A DNA stretch of 50,158 bases from a candidate division WOR-3 bacterium (GTDB lineage Bacteria > Hydrothermota > Tepidihabitantia > Tepidihabitantales > JAOUPE01), in the NCBI GenBank assembly GCA_039801565.1, contig JBDRUX010000004.1:1-50158 (forward strand), given 5' to 3'. Shown here in pieces: positions 46,798 to 50,158 of this stretch; within the stretch, counting starts at the first letter, position 1, and each line of letters opens with the position of its first letter. The translations under genes and the position numbers were made by a program. The notes below the pieces were generated by a model. That model was not told where the DNA came from and did not search any database. It saw nothing but the letters and a program-made list of their open reading frames with translations.

Positions 46798-47983
46798 CTT
46801 TACCTCCGATTATCATATCAATTCGGTTCCCAGAGAACCCTTTTATCTCAAAGGCGATTCCCAAATCCTTTGACCCAAGCTCAGAAAAAATTTCCTGACT
46901 GGAAGTTTTGGAAATTACTTCCAAGATTGCTCGATTTTCGGTAAAATCGCGTTGAATCACCTTGGTCACACCGCGAATCTTTTCTAAAATCCCTTGCTTC
47001 AGTTTCTGGATGTCGCTAAACTTAGCCCCGGTGATATAAATCTGGGTGATATTTTCTTCGCTTTGCCATTTATCAAGAATCGCCTTGACCATCTTATCAC
47101 TACATTCAGCCACGGCTTCTTTTTTTGCGGTTTCTTGGCTAAAGGGGACTTCTTTTGTGACCGCGGTGGCAGTTAGGATTTCAGCGGTTTCAGTATCAAT
47201 TGCCCTTAAATTGAGTTTAGTTTGATAGAATTTACGAAGATTTTGGGTGTAAGGCGTGGTCTTTTCAATTTCGTTTAAAATTGCCTGACCGGTGATAACA
47301 ATCTCAGCGCCTAATTTCAAACCTAATTGAGCCGCGGTCTTGTCATCGCCAGCCATAATTGCCCGAACCTGCTCATTTGCTAAATTTCTTTTTACCATTG
47401 TGGCGTCAACAATCGGAAAGCCCTTTTCGGTAAATTTTTCAATAAGCATTGTCTCAACCTCGGACCAATCTTCCCAAATAGTATTGTCACCTTTATATTC
47501 TTTAATTACCAACATAATTCGAGGCCGTCCCTTTTGTTGGAGCAGTAGCCCAATCGCTTCCAGGTCATTCTCAATCTCGGTCAGTTTAACTTTTGCCAGG
47601 ATTTTCACACGCAAGACATCGGATTCTTTGGTCTCATCAAGGATGCGATAAGCCGAGACATAACCGCGTGCCTTAGAATATATTTCATCTTTGAGCAAGG
47701 TAAAATTCCGGACCGCGGTTTCGGAGTTAATAAATGTACCAACTCCTTGTTCAACTGCTTTGCGCAAGGCATCAGCAATTGCCTGGTCACGGGCTATATC
47801 CAAAGTTGCGGTTATTGCTGCGACACCGTCAGCAACTACTTCTTGGATTTCACCGCTCGGCGCTGAGATTTTAATCTCCTCGCTTTTGCCAGTCGGCTTG
47901 GTCGGTTGTCGTTCCACCACATAAGTTGTGGTGCAGGATAAAAGAAACACCAAAATTGCAACAATCAATGTTAGCTTTTTCAT
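46787..47983 (-). CDS. Lipoprotein with FlgT N-terminal-like domain
   Basis: Start ATG 47983, MKKLTLIVAILVFLLS-C. ARDQAIADALRKAVEQGVGTFINSET..DEIYSKARGYV segment, then a RPRIMLVI CsgG-like domain. Confidence 0.75.
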   Translation of the reverse strand: MKKLTLIVAILVFLLSCTTTYVVERQPTKPTGKSEEIKISAPSGEIQEVVADGVAAITATLDIARDQAIADALRKAVEQGVGTFINSETAVRNFTLLKDEIYSKARGYVSAYRILDETKESDVLRVKILAKVKLTEIENDLEAIGLLLQQKGRPRIMLVIKEYKGDNTIWEDWSEVETMLIEKFTEKGFPIVDATMVKRNLANEQVRAIMAGDDKTAAQLGLKLGAEIVITGQAILNEIEKTTPYTQNLRKFYQTKLNLRAIDTETAEILTATAVTKEVPFSQETAKKEAVAECSDKMVKAILDKWQSEENITQIYITGAKFSDIQKLKQGILEKIRGVTKVIQRDFTENRAILEVISKTSSQEIFSELGSKDLGIAFEIKGFSGNRIDMIIGGKDEK

Positions 47984-48042
47984 AACCGCCTCACTTAAAA
48001 GAAACCACAGTTTCGGGTTTTTTGGCACCCATCGGTGGTTCC

Positions 48043-48963
48043 TCACAGCAGTTTAATAAAGGTTCGACCCGCATTGAATAGAAAGCGAAAAGCATCCTTG
48101 AGCCATTTGAACTTGTCAGCATCTTCTTTGGATATCACGATATCGGAATCTAATTTTCCTCTTATCGCCTTTATCTTGATGATGATTGGATTGTCTTTCA
48201 GGTCCGGATTTGCCAAAATCTTATCCAGGCTTTTAATGTATTGAACTACCCTTCGGCCATATTCCGAGGTGGTATCAATATAAGTGCCGGTGTCGAAGAT
48301 AAGATTACCATTTTCGTCATAGATTTTGGGAAATAGCGCAGGTTTTAAACCGGTACCCTCGGCATCAAACACCACACAAGAATATTTTTGTAAAACTTCC
48401 TTCACTTCCGATGGCAAGTCTTGCACTGGCTTCGGAATCGGAGTTGGTGGGACCAAGGCGTCGGTTAAACCCTTCTTATCGTAGAGCGAGATTTCTAATT
48501 CTACTGTTACTACGCCGGTCAGTGAATCGTATTTCGGTTGACTTACCAAGCGGGCACCTTTTATCACGCCCGAAACTCGGGTAACGATGATATCGGATTG
48601 GGTCATAAAATCTTTAACCTGGGTTTCGCCATTGATTCTTACCCCTTTCACCGTTTCTAAGAGGTTTCTTTGTGCCTCAACAATTGCGGCGCGTTCTGCC
48701 ATAATTCTTGCCTGAACCTTATTGGGATTGTTAGGGTCAATCGCACCAGTGCCTTTTGCTCTAATTATCCCATCGCCCCAATCCACAACACCCAATCCAA
48801 TCGTATCAATTGCATAACCAGCAGTAGTGATTGGAGGAATTGAGTTTAGATAAAAAGGCGTAGTCGGTACGCCAGCAGTACCTTGCTGAACAACTACCTT
48901 GGTGCAATTAAAAAAGCAAAATAGTAAGTAAATGGTGATAAAGAAATTATTTGATTTGCTCAT
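48043..48963 (-). CDS. LPP20-like lipoprotein
   Basis: FCFFN-C lipobox and VDWGDGIIRAKGTG..AERAAIVEAQRNLLETVKGVRI..GVIKGA. Confidence 0.75.
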   Translation of the reverse strand: MSKSNNFFITIYLLFCFFNCTKVVVQQGTAGVPTTPFYLNSIPPITTAGYAIDTIGLGVVDWGDGIIRAKGTGAIDPNNPNKVQARIMAERAAIVEAQRNLLETVKGVRINGETQVKDFMTQSDIIVTRVSGVIKGARLVSQPKYDSLTGVVTVELEISLYDKKGLTDALVPPTPIPKPVQDLPSEVKEVLQKYSCVVFDAEGTGLKPALFPKIYDENGNLIFDTGTYIDTTSEYGRRVVQYIKSLDKILANPDLKDNPIIIKIKAIRGKLDSDIVISKEDADKFKWLKDAFRFLFNAGRTFIKLL

Positions 48964-49526
48964 CTTATTCCTCCCTGCAGGGTTTTAATTGCATTAGTAA
49001 ACGCCATTTCGGTGGCATTTACCCTACCTTGCATACTTTCCCCGCGTCCTTTGCCATAAAAAAGGATTTCAGCGGTAGTAGCATCGATGATTCGAACAAA
49101 TACCTTGGCATCATAAGCATTTTCATTTTGAAAGAATTCGTCTTTTTTCAGTTCGGTCACCTCGGTCAACATAACCGCATCAGCCCCTAAAACCTTGCCA
49201 ATTTTCGCAGCGGTTGAAGCATCAACGATGCCGGAGACACCAAATTCTTGTTCTTTAAGAATATCTTCAATCCGATTCCGCTCGACCAAAGAGAAACGAT
49301 TGGTTTTTAGGAGTTCTAAGGCAATAAAATCGTAGAGGGCATTGGCTTCCGAAGGATTAAGTCGAATGCCCGTGGCATTAACTGGCAACAGGACTAAACG
49401 ATAGATTTTGGTTTGGTCGAAGTTGGGAGAAAATGCCGAATCGCTGTATTCTTGCTGGATACTTCTCAGCGCGGTGCCACAGCCAAGCATTAAAAAAATA
49501 ATGAGAAGCGATATCTTCTTAAGCAC
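48960..49526 (-). CDS. CsgG/HfaB (FlgO-like) family lipoprotein
   Basis: Start GTG 49526 after AAGGAG; the ATG at 49556 lies inside the -10 box. LMLG-C lipobox and RFSLVERNRIEDILKEQEF..VDASTAAKIGKVLGADA. Confidence 0.82.
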   Translation of the reverse strand: MLKKISLLIIFLMLGCGTALRSIQQEYSDSAFSPNFDQTKIYRLVLLPVNATGIRLNPSEANALYDFIALELLKTNRFSLVERNRIEDILKEQEFGVSGIVDASTAAKIGKVLGADAVMLTEVTELKKDEFFQNENAYDAKVFVRIIDATTAEILFYGKGRGESMQGRVNATEMAFTNAIKTLQGGIR

Positions 49527-49554
49527 CAATTGGCTCCTTTCTTTAATAATGGTC

Positions 49555-49582
49555 ATTATAACCTCAAAAATAGATTTGTCAA
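49555..49582 (-). promoter_or_regulatory. Putative sigma70 promoter of the lipoprotein operon
   Basis: TTGACA-16-TATAAT. Confidence 0.7.
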
Positions 49583-49749
49583 CAAAGCGGCTTATTGAAA
49601 ATTTTCCAATTTAAACGATTGGACTTTTGAACTATTTTCTCCAACGCATCCCGCAAAATCGGTGGTTGGGGCTGGTAGTTAGGGACTGGTGGAAGTGAAA
49701 CAAAATCCGCGATTAAGATATAGATTTATAGATAACTGAAAATATTAAA

Positions 49750-49977
49750 GCGGCCTCGGAGATTGCTTACCAGGTGGCCTACGGGGCTACCTACCAAGTT
49801 ACCTCCCGGGTTACTCCCCAAGTTGCCTACCAAGTCGCCTCCGAGGTTGCCCCCGAACCCGCTCCCGAACTTACTCCCTAACCAACCCCCGAAGCAGCTT
49901 CCGAGGCTACTCCCTAAGTAACCTACGGGGTAGCTTAGGGGACAGCCTACGGGGTCACCCCCTATACGATACCCCAT
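49750..49977 (+). repeat. 12-bp-period array element, copy 3 (19 units)
   Basis: Units gcggcctcggag/attgcttaccag/gtggcctacggg/.../acagcctacggg/gtcaccccctat/acgataccccat, then CCCAA. Confidence 0.9.
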
Positions 49978-50104
49978 CCCAAAGGGAAAATTGGCGTAAC
50001 CGACGGACGACCAACACGATAGAAGAAAAAATCGGTCATTTTTAGGTTGAAATATATTTCAAAGTTATGTGCTATAATGTCTGCAAAATGGAGAAAGGAT
50101 AAAT

Positions 50105-50158
50105 ATGACGAGAAAACAGAAGAGACCCAGGGGTGGGAACACCCCTGGCGCCAAACCA
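50105..50158 (+). CDS. Possible start of a gene running off the window (MTRKQKRPRGGNTPGAKP)
   Basis: Extended -10 TGcTATAAT (50070-50078), AAGGA SD, ATG 50105; only 18 codons are visible. Confidence 0.35.
   Translation, partial: MTRKQKRPRGGNTPGAKP

Noticed and set aside
1037-49614. Numerous 60-135 aa ORFs antisense or out of frame to long genes
   Set aside because: Shadow ORFs of well-supported CDSs, with no recognisable motifs or RBS.
21225-49977. Arrays as CRISPR or as DGR template/variable repeats
   Set aside because: No constant repeat with unique spacers and no cas genes. Differences are not restricted to adenines and there is no reverse transcriptase in the window.
1-50158. tRNA, rRNA, riboswitch, IS transposase or prophage genes
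   Set aside because: None recognised by eye; a tRNAscan/Infernal run would be needed to exclude small RNAs.

Overview
Chromosomal window from a Gram-negative bacterium of roughly 40% GC. The gene set (PorV/PorQ-like barrel, T9SS-type C-terminal sorting domains, FCB-style TonB receptor, XRE-HTH type) suggests an FCB-group candidate lineage such as WOR-3; this placement is inference. From left to right it contains: a long minus-strand envelope cluster (exbB-exbD-exbD-tonB, Asp-box/FlgD-Ig protein, lipoprotein, TonB-dependent receptor, 1021-aa secreted protein, PorV-like protein, paralogous lipoprotein); an AsnC-like regulator, thpR, rarA, a heterodimeric ABC exporter and an orphan GspF/PilC; purF, a GNAT, two tandem M29 aminopeptidases, an MFS transporter, a GT4, an archaeal-type alanine dehydrogenase, an M16 peptidase, pnp and rpsO; a decayed accessory patch (XRE pseudogene, deleted sigma54 two-component locus); metG-tatD-rsmA; ddl; and a CsgG/LPP20/FlgT-like lipoprotein operon. 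The most unusual signal is a dispersed intergenic element present three times (21225-21452 +, 35980-36207 -, 49750-49977 +). Each copy has exactly 19 degenerate 12-bp units built on a purine/pyrimidine palindrome, and the copies align without indels. One copy lies directly upstream of an XRE-HTH gene. Other notable features are heptamer microrepeats inside coding sequences, several apparently leaderless promoters, and a T8-tract frameshift. No rRNA, tRNA, CRISPR array or transposase was recognised. All calls were made by eye, without database searches.
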